Assembly: GCA_016212375.1 (NCBI GenBank)
Contig: JACRGH010000052.1
Location: forward strand, 1-59,325
Source of the DNA: Candidatus Micrarchaeota archaeon
GTDB lineage: Archaea; Micrarchaeota; Micrarchaeia; Norongarragalinales; Norongarragalinaceae
Reading direction: 5' to 3'
DNA length: 59,325 nucleotides
Below the pieces are notes generated by a model. It searched no databases. It was not told where the DNA came from and saw only the letters and a program-made list of their open reading frames with translations. Made by a program: the position numbers and the translations under genes. This document shows, one piece after another, positions 40,163-50,498 of the stretch (within the stretch, counting starts at the first letter, position 1; the number at the start of each line of letters is the position of its first letter).

Positions 40163-40228
40163 ATGAACCAACGCAAAAACCAATGGTCGTATCCGACGTT
40201 TGGCTTTAGCTTTGGCTATTACCAATAA
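40163..40228 (+). promoter_or_regulatory. Aromatic-rich leader peptide MNQRKNQWSYPTFGFSFGYYQ
   Basis: 7 of the last 14 sense codons are Trp/Tyr/Phe; sits upstream of DAHP synthase; followed by long stems. Confidence 0.75.
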
Positions 40229-40230
40229 TC

Positions 40231-40321
40231 TTGGGAAAAACCCGCGCAAACTGAAAAAAAGTGTATCAATCGGTTTCAATCTTCGGTTTGCAGCCGCCAG
40301 GCCATTGCGGGTTTCTTCCAA
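40231..40321 (+). promoter_or_regulatory. Long RNA stem-loop directly after the leader stop
   Basis: 40231..40245 pairs with 40307..40321; 40246..40255 pairs with 40282..40291 (one G-U). Confidence 0.6.
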
Positions 40322-40440
40322 AAACAGCAAAGAAATAAGACCAACGGAAAAAATGGGAAAAAAGCAGAAACCATATTGAAAACATCAAAATAAGAGTACA
40401 AAAACTAAAAAAATAATCCGAACGAACAGGTGTTACGACT

Positions 40441-41454
40441 ATGATCATCGTCTTTGAACCGTCCGCGAAACACGAACAAATCCAGCACGTCTTTGACCGC
40501 CTTATCGAATGGGGTTTCAACCCGGTACTTCAAGAAGGGGAAGCCACCAGCATCGCGATTACCGGAGACACGTCCTCGCTGAAGTCCGAGACGCTAGAGG
40601 CCTTTGACGGAGTCCAAAAGGCCGTCCGCCTGACCCAGCCGTACAAACTGGTGGCCCGTGAGTTCAAACCCGAAGGCACCATTATCGACATCGACGGCGT
40701 CAAAATCGGCGGAAAACATTTCACCATGATTGCCGGCCCCTGCAGTGCGGAAAGCGAAGCCCAACTTCTGACCACGGCTCACGCGGTTAAGAACGCGGGC
40801 GGCAAAATCCTGCGCGCCGGCATCTACAAACCCCGCACATCCCCCTACGAATTCCAAGGCATCGGCGAAAAAGGATTGCCCTGGCTAAAAAAAGCAAAAG
40901 AGCAGACGGGATTACCGGTGTGCACAGAAGTGATGGACCCAAAAGTTCTGGACAAAGTCAAGGACGTCGTGGACATCTACCAAGTCGGTGCGCGCAACAT
41001 GCAAAATTATGATTTGTTGCGGGAATTGGGCAAGTCCAAAAAACCGGTATTGCTCAAACGGGGCCTTTCCGCCACGCTCAAGGAATTGTTGTTGGCCGCG
41101 GAATACATCATGTCCTCCGGCAACCATGACGTGATGTTGTGCGAGCGGGGCATCCGCACGTACGAAACGGCCACCCGCTTCACCTTGGACGTCGGCGCCG
41201 TTCCCGTGCTCCGCCACGACACGCACCTGCCCATTATCGTGGACCCATCCCACCCCGCCGGCAAGCGGGCATTGGTCGGGGCATTGGCCAAAGCGGGCTT
41301 GGCAGCGGGTGCCGATGGGCTCATCGTGGAAACGCATCCAGATCCGGAGCGTGCTTGGTCCGACGCGGCGCAACAATTGACGTTCGACCAATTCGGACAA
41401 CTGATGACCGAACTTCGGCCCATTGCCACAGCCGTGGGACGGACGATGGATTGA
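40441..41454 (+). CDS. aroF: DAHP synthase type I-beta with N-terminal regulatory domain
   Basis: IAGPCS; KPRTSPY; GARNMQN; LKRG; CERGIR; DPSH; SD AGGTG. Confidence 0.95.
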   Translation: MIIVFEPSAKHEQIQHVFDRLIEWGFNPVLQEGEATSIAITGDTSSLKSETLEAFDGVQKAVRLTQPYKLVAREFKPEGTIIDIDGVKIGGKHFTMIAGPCSAESEAQLLTTAHAVKNAGGKILRAGIYKPRTSPYEFQGIGEKGLPWLKKAKEQTGLPVCTEVMDPKVLDKVKDVVDIYQVGARNMQNYDLLRELGKSKKPVLLKRGLSATLKELLLAAEYIMSSGNHDVMLCERGIRTYETATRFTLDVGAVPVLRHDTHLPIIVDPSHPAGKRALVGALAKAGLAAGADGLIVETHPDPERAWSDAAQQLTFDQFGQLMTELRPIATAVGRTMD

Positions 41455-41556
41455 TATCACAGCTAAAAAAATGAGAAAAAAGGGGCAATGAAAAAACAAA
41501 AAAAAGGAAGATCGGAAAACCAAATTGGAAAATAAAAAAACGAATGGAAAAAAAAC

Positions 41557-42648
41557 TTGAAAAAAGGATTGAAATCAACCATGACGCATGCATCGGGCCT
41601 TTTGTTGGATTTGGGGCAATATCCCGTTTTATTGGGACGCGGCACCTTGAAGGCCTGTGGCACGCACGCACCCATTTGCAGCCGCGCATTCATCATCCAC
41701 CAAGCTGCATCGAAAAAATACGCGCAAACAGTGGCGGAAAGCCTCGACGAACGAAAGACGGACTTAGCATTGGTGGAAGTGCCCGACGGAGAAAAAGCCA
41801 AAGAGCTGGACCAGGTCGAAGTCTTGTACGAAAAAGCCCTTGATGCCAAACTGGAGCGGACAGACGCGGTGTTCGCCGTGGGCGGAGGGTGCGTGGGCGA
41901 TGCGGCCGGATTCTTTGCAGCCACCTACCTTAGGGGCTTGCAGTTGGTCCATGTGCCTACGACGTTATTGGCGCAAGTGGATTCCAGCATCGGCGGCAAA
42001 GTGGGCGTCAATCTGGGCGCTACCAAGAACATGGTGGGCAGTTTTTACCAACCCGAACTGGTCGTGGATGACATCGACGCGCTGCAAAGCCTACCACCCA
42101 TGCAAATCAGCAACGGATTGGCCGAAGTCATCAAATACGGCCTGATCCGGGATTCCGATTTTCTCAGGTATTTGGAAAAAAACATGGACGCAGTCCAGGC
42201 CAAAGACCCCGGCGCCCTTTTGCACGTGGTCCAGCAAAGCGTCCAGCACAAAGGGACGGTAGTGGCGCAGGACGAGCGTGAAGCGGGTAGCCGGATGACG
42301 CTCAATTACGGACACACTTTGGGCCATGGCATTGAAACGGTTTGCGGACTGCCGCACGGTTTTGCCATTGCCATAGGGATGCATGCGGCCGGGATTTTGG
42401 CCGTTGAAAAAGGCCTGCTTGAAAAACAAGACCTCGAAAGGCAAAATGACTTAATCCAAGCCGCCGGATTGGCCCTGGTCGCAAAAACGAAAGCAGACGC
42501 GGAAGGCATCATGGAAAAAGTACGCAACGACAAAAAGCGCACGGCAGGGAAACTCCGGATGGTACTGTTGGACAAAATCGGCAACTGCCGCATCGTTGAA
42601 GTCACTGAAAAGGACGCGCAATTTGCGTTGGAGCAGGTGTTGGAATGA
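41557..42648 (+). CDS. aroB: 3-dehydroquinate synthase
   Basis: GGGCVGD; PTTLLAQVDSSIGGK; KNMVG; LNYGHTLGH. Confidence 0.95.
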   Translation: MKKGLKSTMTHASGLLLDLGQYPVLLGRGTLKACGTHAPICSRAFIIHQAASKKYAQTVAESLDERKTDLALVEVPDGEKAKELDQVEVLYEKALDAKLERTDAVFAVGGGCVGDAAGFFAATYLRGLQLVHVPTTLLAQVDSSIGGKVGVNLGATKNMVGSFYQPELVVDDIDALQSLPPMQISNGLAEVIKYGLIRDSDFLRYLEKNMDAVQAKDPGALLHVVQQSVQHKGTVVAQDEREAGSRMTLNYGHTLGHGIETVCGLPHGFAIAIGMHAAGILAVEKGLLEKQDLERQNDLIQAAGLALVAKTKADAEGIMEKVRNDKKRTAGKLRMVLLDKIGNCRIVEVTEKDAQFALEQVLE

Positions 42649-43385
42649 ACGCATCCCGAAATAATCCGGAATCCAAAAGCAGCGCGCCGTCCGCGATAAT
42701 CATCGTACCCATTGTCGCCAAAACAATCGACGGGGCAAAAGTCCAAATACACGCAAGTACGGGCGACATCGTGGAACTTCGAATGGATGCATTGGACTCC
42801 ATGGAAAACGTCTCGACGGAGCAATTGCAGGAACTGGTCGCGATGGGAAAAATCATCATGACGGACCGGCGGGCCTACGAAGGCGGCCACAAAGCGCAGA
42901 CGGACACCCAGCGCTTTGACGACATCCATCGTGCCATTGAAGCCAAACCTTGGGCGGTGGACATCGAAATCCAATCACCCCGCCTGTTCCGTCGGAAGCT
43001 CATCAAGTTGGCAAATCAAAACGGCGTGAAAGTCATCTCGTCATACCACAACTTTAAACGCACCCCGCCCTTTGACAAATTGGCGGAAATGGCCAAGGAG
43101 GCGCTTGGAGAATCGGATTACGCCAAAATCGTGTGTTTGCCTGAAAACGACGGTGACATCACGGCGCTGTTGGATTTGGTCCGCCAGCACCCGGGCCGCG
43201 TGGCGGCATTCGGATTGGGCGACAAACCGGCGCAGTCGCACACCCGTATCCTCTCGCTGAAATTGGGCGCGCCCTTTGGCTACGCCCGCGGCCACCAACC
43301 GACCGCACCGGGCCAGATGACCGTAGAAGAAATGAGAAAACAACTCGCCGGAATGCAATTTGCCAAAAAAGACGACAAAAAATGA
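42645..43385 (+). CDS. aroD: Type I 3-dehydroquinate dehydratase
   Basis: VELRMD; DIE; SYHNF; KI; TAPGQ. Confidence 0.9.
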   Translation: MNASRNNPESKSSAPSAIIIVPIVAKTIDGAKVQIHASTGDIVELRMDALDSMENVSTEQLQELVAMGKIIMTDRRAYEGGHKAQTDTQRFDDIHRAIEAKPWAVDIEIQSPRLFRRKLIKLANQNGVKVISSYHNFKRTPPFDKLAEMAKEALGESDYAKIVCLPENDGDITALLDLVRQHPGRVAAFGLGDKPAQSHTRILSLKLGAPFGYARGHQPTAPGQMTVEEMRKQLAGMQFAKKDDKK

Positions 43386-43535
43386 GAACCTGAGAAAAGG
43401 AAAGCGTTGAAAAAATTAAAACGGAAAAAAAGATGAATCCTAAAAAAAAACGAAAAAAAAAGATTCGAGAAATAAAAAATCCGACGAAGAACGAAAACCG
43501 CCATGACTTGGATAAAGACTAACACGGGCCACGCC

Positions 43536-44405
43536 ATGATTACCGCCAAAACCCATATCGTCGCGCTCATCGGCGAGCCGGTCAAACACAGCCTTTCACC
43601 CGCCATGCATAACGCGGCATTTGCCCAACTGGGTTTGGATTGGGCCTACGTGGCGCTTTCCGTCAAAACCCAAAACTTGGCGCAAGCGGTTGCCGGAATG
43701 AAAGCCCTGAACTTCCAAGGGTTCAACGCCACCATGCCGCACAAGCAAGCATTGGTGCATTTGGTCGATGAGTTGGACCCGTTTGCCAAGTTCTGCCAAG
43801 CGGTCAACACCGTATCCGTCCGCAACGGCAAGCTGTTGGGGTTCAACACCGACGGGCCGGGAACGCTCAACGCACTCAAAGAAGCCAAAGCGGACCTAAG
43901 CCACGTCGTCATCCTGGGCGCGGGTGGCACCGGCTCGGCCATGGCCCTGGCATTGGCGCAGGCCGGCTCCGAGGTCGTCATCCTGAACCGAGACGTGAAA
44001 AAAGCCGAGGGCTTGGCCCACAAAATTGGAAAGACCGGTGACGTTTTGATCGAAGCGGGAAGCCTGGATGAAGCCGCCGACCGCATCCGTGAAGCGACAG
44101 TGTTGTGCAACGCCACGTCCGTTGGCATGCGAACCAACGAAACGCCCATTTCCAAAAATGCGTTGCATCCCGGATTGACCATAATGGACGCCGTGTATGC
44201 ACCGCGCCTTACGCGCCTCATCAAAGACGCAAAAGGCGTGGGCGCCCACGTCGTCACCGGAGACCGCATGTTGTTGCACCAGGGCATGATTGCATTTGAG
44301 CGCTGGACCGGCGGCAAGGCGCCAAAAACGGCGATGGAAAACGCGCTTGAACATGCATTCAGCATCTTGGAAACAAACGGTCAGAACGGTTCGGTGAACA
44401 CATGA
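43536..44405 (+). CDS. aroE: Shikimate dehydrogenase
   Basis: HSLSP; NATMPHK; AVNT; NTD; GAGG; MLLHQG. Confidence 0.95.
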   Translation: MITAKTHIVALIGEPVKHSLSPAMHNAAFAQLGLDWAYVALSVKTQNLAQAVAGMKALNFQGFNATMPHKQALVHLVDELDPFAKFCQAVNTVSVRNGKLLGFNTDGPGTLNALKEAKADLSHVVILGAGGTGSAMALALAQAGSEVVILNRDVKKAEGLAHKIGKTGDVLIEAGSLDEAADRIREATVLCNATSVGMRTNETPISKNALHPGLTIMDAVYAPRLTRLIKDAKGVGAHVVTGDRMLLHQGMIAFERWTGGKAPKTAMENALEHAFSILETNGQNGSVNT

Positions 44406-46255
44406 ACATCCTTTTGATCGGCATCATGGGCTCCGGCAAGACCACCGTAGGATATGCATTGGCCGAAAGCCGGCAGATGGCGTTCGTGGATCTGGACCGC
44501 GAATTGGAAAACGTGGAAGGCCGGACCATTTCCGAAATTTTCAAAACCGACGGCGAGGATGCGTTCCGTGAAAAAGAATCGGCGTTGCTTCTGAAGTGGG
44601 CGGAACAACAGTTGGACAACACGGTCATTTCCACTGGCGGAGGCATCGTTCTAAGCGAGGTCAACCTCCAGCTGATTAAGAAAATGGGCCGGACGGTATG
44701 GCTGGACGTATCCGCGGAAGTGGCCCACCAGCGCACGCAACACGAACCAAACCGCCCCCTGCTCAATCATCCGGAGCGCGCCGAAATCCTGAGGGTCCTG
44801 ATACGGCGGCGAAGAGAATTGTATGAACAGGCTGAAGTGCACGTCCAAGTGGACGATAAATCCGTGGACAAAATCGTGGATGAAATCAACGACCGCCTGA
44901 GGCAAACCGCCAAATCCGCGCTTCGGAGCCGGGTCTTATCCGCCATCGGCCAACTGGAAGGCAAGTCCATGCGGATTGAACCATCAGCCCTTCAAGGGTC
45001 GCTCAAAGTCCCGCCGTCCAAAAGCATGACACACCGTGCCCTGATTTGCGCGGCGCTTTCCAAAAAGCCGTGCCGCGTGAGCAATGCATTGGTCTCCGAT
45101 GACACCTTGGCCACGGCCAGTGCGCTCAAAGTCTTGGGCACACGATTTGAAGGCGACGTGCTTGACGGAACCGAAATTTTCACCATCGGAGGAACGCTGT
45201 CCTGTGGCGAATCCGGCTCCACCCTGCGATTCATGCTTCCATTGGCATGCCTCGGACAGACACGAAACGTCCTGATGGGCCACGGACGCTTATTGCAAAG
45301 GCCCATCCAGCCGCTGGCCGATGCGTTGAACCAATTGGGCGGCCACGTGGAAACGGCGGAAGGACTGGCGCCGGTCAACACCACCCCCGGCTTAAGCGGT
45401 AGCACATGCACCCTACCCGGAAACATCAGCTCGCAATTCGTGTCCGGCCTTTTGATGGCCTTGCCGTTGTGTCCAAAGCCGAGCCAAATCCAGTTGGAAG
45501 GATCGTTGGAATCGGCGCCGTATGTGGACGTGACGTTGGACGTGATGGCGCACTTCGGCGTTCACGTGGATGTCCAACGCAATGAACACCAACAAATGAC
45601 CGGTTTTTCCATTGCCCCCCAATCGTATCAACCCCACGACATCACCGTGCCGTCGGATTGGTCCAGCGCCGCCTTTTGGCTCGTGGCCGGATGCATCGGG
45701 AATCACAAAGAGGGAACCTCAAAAAGGTCAGGTGGTTCAAACGGCATCACCATTGAATCTATCCAGCCGGACCGCCAAGCAGATGCCGCGATTGTGCCGA
45801 TATTGCAGAAAATGGGGGGAAAAATAACCATCCAAAGCCAGAGCAAAACCGTGCGGGCGCACGCCTCCGACTTGGTTGGAATTGACATCGACGTCTCGGA
45901 TTGCCCGGATTTGGTGCCCATTTTGGCGGTAGCCGGCTGCTTTGCTGCAGGCATCACACGATTGACCAATGCAGCCCGACTGCGATTGAAAGAAAGCGAC
46001 CGCCTGTCCGCGATGGCAACCGAGTTGCAAAAAATGGGAGCCCGTATCGAGGAAAAGCCCGATGCGCTCATTATCCATCAAAGCGCGCTTTCCGGCGCCA
46101 CCTTATCCAGTCACAACGACCACCGCATCGCCATGGCATTGAGTATTGCCGCAACAAATGCCACCGGCCAGTCGGTCATCGACAACGCGGACTGCGTCGC
46201 GAAATCCTATCCGGCGTTTTTCAACGATTTGCAAGTCCTGGGGGAAAAGACATGA
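44402..46255 (+). CDS. aroK-aroA: Fusion of P-loop (bacterial-type) shikimate kinase and EPSP synthase
   Basis: GIMGSGKTT, GEDAFR, TGGG, RPLL; then PPSKS, ESGSTLR, SSQFVS, RLKESDR, DHR, KSYP. Confidence 0.93.
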   Translation: MNILLIGIMGSGKTTVGYALAESRQMAFVDLDRELENVEGRTISEIFKTDGEDAFREKESALLLKWAEQQLDNTVISTGGGIVLSEVNLQLIKKMGRTVWLDVSAEVAHQRTQHEPNRPLLNHPERAEILRVLIRRRRELYEQAEVHVQVDDKSVDKIVDEINDRLRQTAKSALRSRVLSAIGQLEGKSMRIEPSALQGSLKVPPSKSMTHRALICAALSKKPCRVSNALVSDDTLATASALKVLGTRFEGDVLDGTEIFTIGGTLSCGESGSTLRFMLPLACLGQTRNVLMGHGRLLQRPIQPLADALNQLGGHVETAEGLAPVNTTPGLSGSTCTLPGNISSQFVSGLLMALPLCPKPSQIQLEGSLESAPYVDVTLDVMAHFGVHVDVQRNEHQQMTGFSIAPQSYQPHDITVPSDWSSAAFWLVAGCIGNHKEGTSKRSGGSNGITIESIQPDRQADAAIVPILQKMGGKITIQSQSKTVRAHASDLVGIDIDVSDCPDLVPILAVAGCFAAGITRLTNAARLRLKESDRLSAMATELQKMGARIEEKPDALIIHQSALSGATLSSHNDHRIAMALSIAATNATGQSVIDNADCVAKSYPAFFNDLQVLGEKT

Positions 46256-47364
46256 ACCAACATTACGGAAAACTGTTTGAAGTGCAGATTGCCGGCGAAT
46301 CCCACGGACACGGCGTCGGATGCATCATCCAAGGCTGCCCCGCGGGACTTTCCTTAAACGAAAGTGACATCCAAATCGAATTGGACAAGCGCAAGCCGGG
46401 CCAGAAACTCACAACCGCGCGCACCGAGGCCGACCGAATCCACATCAAGACCGGCGTGTTCAACGGCAAAACCACGGGCGCACCCATTTTGTTGTGGATG
46501 GACAACACCGACACCCGGTCCGCCGACTACGAAGCGCTGCAGGCCACCCCGCGGCCCGGACATGCGGATGTCACGGCGGCTGAGAAGTACGGAGGATTCA
46601 ACGATTACCGCGGTTCCGGTCCGTTTTCGGCCCGCCTCACGGCGCCCTTAGTTGCAACGGGAGCCATAGCTCGAAAACTGTTGCAACAACACGGCGTGGA
46701 AATCCTTGGCCACGTCCAGCAATTAGGCGGACTTAAAATCGAAAACGCCTCCGACACGGCCATCCGCACCAACGTTGCCAACAGCCCCCTGCGGTGCGCG
46801 GATGCCAAAATGGAAAAACGCTTCGAAGCCGCGCTTCAGGACGCACTCAAAGCCGGCGACTCCCTTGGGGCGGTCATAGAATGCCGCGTCAGAGGCCTTC
46901 CGATGGGCGTGGGTGAGCCCCGCGCGCAATCGGTGGAAAGTGCCATCGGGGCCATTTGTTTGGGCATTCCAGCGGCTAAAGGCGTGGAGTTCGGCGAAGG
47001 CTTTGCCGCGGCGGCGATGAAAGGAAGCCAGCACAACGACGCATTTGAAAAAGTCGGAACCGGCGAATCAAACAAAGACCACGTAACCATCCGCACCAAA
47101 ACGAACCACTCCGGCGGCACGCTGGGCGGCATAACCACAGGAATGCCATTGATTTTCCGCGTGGTATTCAAACCCACGTCCAGCATCGCCAAAACCCAAA
47201 CAACGCTCAACGTCAAGACCGGCAAGCAATCCGAAATGTCAGTCATTGGCCGACATGACCCGTGCGTCGCGCTTCGAGCCGTGCCCATCGTCGAAGCGGC
47301 TGCGGCGTTGGCGTTGGTTGATTTGATGTTGCAGGCACAAAAAATTCAAAGGGTGCTAAAGTAA
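46252..47364 (+). CDS. aroC: Chorismate synthase
   Basis: GESHG; PRPGHAD; SARLTA; KPTSS; GRHDPC. Confidence 0.95.
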   Translation: MNQHYGKLFEVQIAGESHGHGVGCIIQGCPAGLSLNESDIQIELDKRKPGQKLTTARTEADRIHIKTGVFNGKTTGAPILLWMDNTDTRSADYEALQATPRPGHADVTAAEKYGGFNDYRGSGPFSARLTAPLVATGAIARKLLQQHGVEILGHVQQLGGLKIENASDTAIRTNVANSPLRCADAKMEKRFEAALQDALKAGDSLGAVIECRVRGLPMGVGEPRAQSVESAIGAICLGIPAAKGVEFGEGFAAAAMKGSQHNDAFEKVGTGESNKDHVTIRTKTNHSGGTLGGITTGMPLIFRVVFKPTSSIAKTQTTLNVKTGKQSEMSVIGRHDPCVALRAVPIVEAAAALALVDLMLQAQKIQRVLK

Positions 47365-47365
47365 G

Positions 47366-48595
47366 ATGGCGGAAGCAAAAATGCCAAAGCAGGAAAAAAA
47401 GAAGGACAACAAAATGGAAAAAGTCGACAACGACGGCCTTGACGCCACGCGCCAGCAAATCGACTCCATTGATGAGCAAATCACCAAACTGTTAGCGCAA
47501 CGCATGGACCTGGCCATAAAGACACGCCGGGAAAAAGAACGCAGCGGAAAAAGCGTCGAAGACTCAAGCCGGGAAAAAAACGTATTACAACACGTGGAAG
47601 CCGTAGCGAAATCCGAAGGCCTGGACGGCGCCGTCGTATTGCGCGTGTTCGAGGAAATCATGGCCGCAAGCAAGTCGCAGCAAATCATGGACCACGCCCC
47701 CGCGCATGCCGCCACCAATCAGATGCAACCCAAAACCATCGCATTCCAAGGGGAGCGGGGCGCATACAGCGAAGAAGCCTTGAAAGCGGCGTGGCCGAAC
47801 GCGCAACCGGTGCCCTGCAAGGAATTCGCCGACGTATTCGAGGCGGTGCAATCCGGAACGGTGGACGCAGGCTTGGTGCCGATTGAAAACAGCACCGAAG
47901 GCAGCATCAACTGGACCTACGACTTGCTTCTCAACTCCCAACTCACTATTGCGGGAGAAAAATTCCTCCGGGTGCACCATTACTTATTGGCCCCCGCCGG
48001 CACTCAGCTCCAAGCCGGACTAAACGTCTACTCACACCCCCAAGCCTTGGCGCAATGCCGGGATTTTTTGCACGACAAAGGCCTGCAAGCGGTGCAATAC
48101 TATGACACGGCAGGTGCGGCTCGTGATTTGGCCCAAGGAAAAATCGAAACCACCACACCGACCGCGCAAGACAAAAACAAAGGACAAACCGGCGGTGCGC
48201 CATTTGCCGCGGCCATCGCCTCTCGCATTGCTGCCGAACACTACGGCTTAACCGTCATCGCCGAAGGCATCGAGGACAACCGCAACAACTACACTCGGTT
48301 CATCCTGATTTCAAAGACGGCCCCGACACCGCAGGCCGATTTCAAGACGTCCATCGTCTTTTCGACCCAGCACAAACCCGGCGCCCTTTTTCGCGTGCTG
48401 AAGGCATTCGCTGACGCCGGAATAAACCTCACAAAACTGGAATCCCGCCCGACCAAGTCCACGCCTTGGGAATACGTCTTCTACCTGGACTTTGAAGGTT
48501 CGGCGTTCCACGACCCCGCCCGCACGGTACTGGAACAAATCAAGCCGGACACCCTGATGCTCAAGGTGCTGGGAAGTTACCCGAAGGCGAAGTGA
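47366..48595 (+). CDS. pheA: Chorismate mutase / prephenate dehydratase (P-protein)
   Basis: RQQIDSID (AroQ); PIENS; SHPQALAQC; NYTRF; ACT domain LTKLESRP. Confidence 0.95.
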   Translation: MAEAKMPKQEKKKDNKMEKVDNDGLDATRQQIDSIDEQITKLLAQRMDLAIKTRREKERSGKSVEDSSREKNVLQHVEAVAKSEGLDGAVVLRVFEEIMAASKSQQIMDHAPAHAATNQMQPKTIAFQGERGAYSEEALKAAWPNAQPVPCKEFADVFEAVQSGTVDAGLVPIENSTEGSINWTYDLLLNSQLTIAGEKFLRVHHYLLAPAGTQLQAGLNVYSHPQALAQCRDFLHDKGLQAVQYYDTAGAARDLAQGKIETTTPTAQDKNKGQTGGAPFAAAIASRIAAEHYGLTVIAEGIEDNRNNYTRFILISKTAPTPQADFKTSIVFSTQHKPGALFRVLKAFADAGINLTKLESRPTKSTPWEYVFYLDFEGSAFHDPARTVLEQIKPDTLMLKVLGSYPKAK

Positions 48596-48687
48596 ACCCG
48601 GTTTACCCAACGCCGCATCTGCGTCAACACCGCATGCGTAGGTATCGGATAGAATCAATTATTAACTATCCGATACAACAAGTAGTC

Positions 48688-49629
48688 ATGACGGAATCGC
48701 GCATCGGAAATGAGTTGCTCGAAAGGATTGAAAAGAAGCAAAAAAACCTCCGAAGCTTGCGTCCGTTCAACCAAGGCGCCTTGCTGAAGCTGCAGGAAAG
48801 CTTCCGCGTCTCTTTGACATACAACTCGAACGCCCTCGAGGGCAATTCGCTTTCCTTGAATGAAACCAAACTCGTGCTGGAGGAAGGCATCACCATAGGC
48901 GGAAAGACGCTCAAGGAACATCTGGAAGCGACGAACCATGCCAAAGCGATGGAATTAATCGACGGCCTGGTAAAAAAAGCCCATATCGATGAAATAGACG
49001 TCCTTGAGCTTCACGCGTTGATTTTGGACCGGATTGATCCGCAGAACGCCGGCGTCTACCGGAAAGGGTCCGTACGGATCAGCGGGACGGATTACACTCC
49101 GCCGAACGCCGCGAAGGTCCCGGCATTGATGGGCGACGTTTACCGCAGGCTCAACCAGAAAAACAGGCACGCGCAAGACATCATCAAATCGGCCGCGTCC
49201 ATCCACCAACGGTTCGTCGATATCCACCCGTTCATTGATGGCAATGGCCGCACCGCCCGCCTTCTTTTGAACCTACATCTCATGCGCTCGGAGTACCCGC
49301 CCGTCATCATCCTGCGTACGGAGCGCCAAAAATACATTCACACCATCATCGAGGAACAAGTCGGCCAAAACCCGGCGCCGTTTGCCAACTTCGTCGCGTC
49401 ATGCGTGGACCGATCACTCACGATTTATTTGGATGCGTTGGGCACGGAAGCCAAAGAATACCTGGGCTTGACGGAGGCGGCTAAAATTTCAAAGAACGGA
49501 TACGGCGCCGAATACTTGGGGTTCCTTGCAAGAGAGGGCAAAATCGGAGCGGTCAAATTCGGCCGTAACTGGAAGATATCAAAAGAAGCCCTGGAGGAAT
49601 ACGAAACGGAGCAAGCACCGAAAAAGTGA
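48688..49629 (+). CDS. Fic protein (class II, autoinhibited) with C-terminal HTH
   Basis: SNALEGN inhibitory motif; HPFIDGNGRTAR; C-terminal GKIGAVKFGRNW. Confidence 0.9.
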   Translation: MTESRIGNELLERIEKKQKNLRSLRPFNQGALLKLQESFRVSLTYNSNALEGNSLSLNETKLVLEEGITIGGKTLKEHLEATNHAKAMELIDGLVKKAHIDEIDVLELHALILDRIDPQNAGVYRKGSVRISGTDYTPPNAAKVPALMGDVYRRLNQKNRHAQDIIKSAASIHQRFVDIHPFIDGNGRTARLLLNLHLMRSEYPPVIILRTERQKYIHTIIEEQVGQNPAPFANFVASCVDRSLTIYLDALGTEAKEYLGLTEAAKISKNGYGAEYLGFLAREGKIGAVKFGRNWKISKEALEEYETEQAPKK

Positions 49630-49668
49630 GAGCCGCAAGGGCTAAAAGCCAATATGGCCGCAACCATA

Positions 49669-50373
49669 TCAAGAAAGCATTAGATGAAGCCAGTTCGTCA
49701 GCTTGACGAATTTTTCAACTGCAAACGAGTCCTTGACGGCGCCGCTGTGCCCATCGCCTGCAACGACATGCTCCAAACGATGTGCCCGGATGTTCTTGAC
49801 GATTGGAACATGCCGATCTTCAATCAATTGGTTAAAATCGGCCGTAGCTTCGCGGCTGCCCTCAGGATCGCTGAAAACGGTAGAACCTGCTCTTTCCTTC
49901 GCCAATGAAGCACGCTTCCGCAATTCGCGATCGTCCAATGGAATCACTTCAATGCCTCGTTCTTCCGCGTGATATCGGATGGCTTCAAGTACCCCGAAGG
50001 TACCGTTTCCAACTTGACGCTTAAAATCGGCAAACGAATCGGCCGCGTTAACCAGGTGTGCAAGTGCCGTAGGCGGCGTTCTGGAACCATTGGCGCCCGT
50101 CCATTTCGAAATAGCCTTGGCAAGCGTTTCACGCGCCTTTGTATCAAATATCGCTAGTCCATCGCTCAGAACATATTTCTTGGGTAAGTCAGCAACTGCA
50201 TACCCCAATAACGACCTTTTAGACGCCGTTTCAAGACCGATGCGTCTGGGCGAATGACGGTCAAGAAGCGAAATCGTCTTTCGTATGACGGCCTGATGGA
50301 ATCGCCCTTTGTGCCCAAATTTGGAACCATGACGGATACCAATCAAAAGCTTGACAGAATGACCCTCAAACAT
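49669..50373 (-). CDS. Hypothetical protein (ORFan-like; GIRHG...IGLE...GDGH)
   Basis: ORF with atypical codon usage, opposite to the operon. Confidence 0.55.
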   Translation of the reverse strand: MFEGHSVKLLIGIRHGSKFGHKGRFHQAVIRKTISLLDRHSPRRIGLETASKRSLLGYAVADLPKKYVLSDGLAIFDTKARETLAKAISKWTGANGSRTPPTALAHLVNAADSFADFKRQVGNGTFGVLEAIRYHAEERGIEVIPLDDRELRKRASLAKERAGSTVFSDPEGSREATADFNQLIEDRHVPIVKNIRAHRLEHVVAGDGHSGAVKDSFAVEKFVKLTNWLHLMLS

Positions 50374-50498
50374 ACTCAAATCAAGGGAAACACATACTAA
50401 AAAAGCAACCGTTGCTCCGCATGCCAAAACCTTGAAAAAGCGGACCGCACCCAACAGCAAACGGACGCAAGTCAACCATGATTCAGGGTGGAACCAAC

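Noticed and set aside
40395-40400. AGTACA as a TRP box before aroF
   Set aside because: Single hexamer with one mismatch and no partner; expected by chance.
43386-43535. AroD-AroE fusion by readthrough or frameshift across the A-rich spacer
   Set aside because: Several stops in the spacer; similar A-rich spacers occur throughout the window.
45901-46251. Long N-terminal extension of AroC in the ORF track
   Set aside because: Overlaps aroA out of frame; ATG 46252 overlapping the aroA stop is the natural start.
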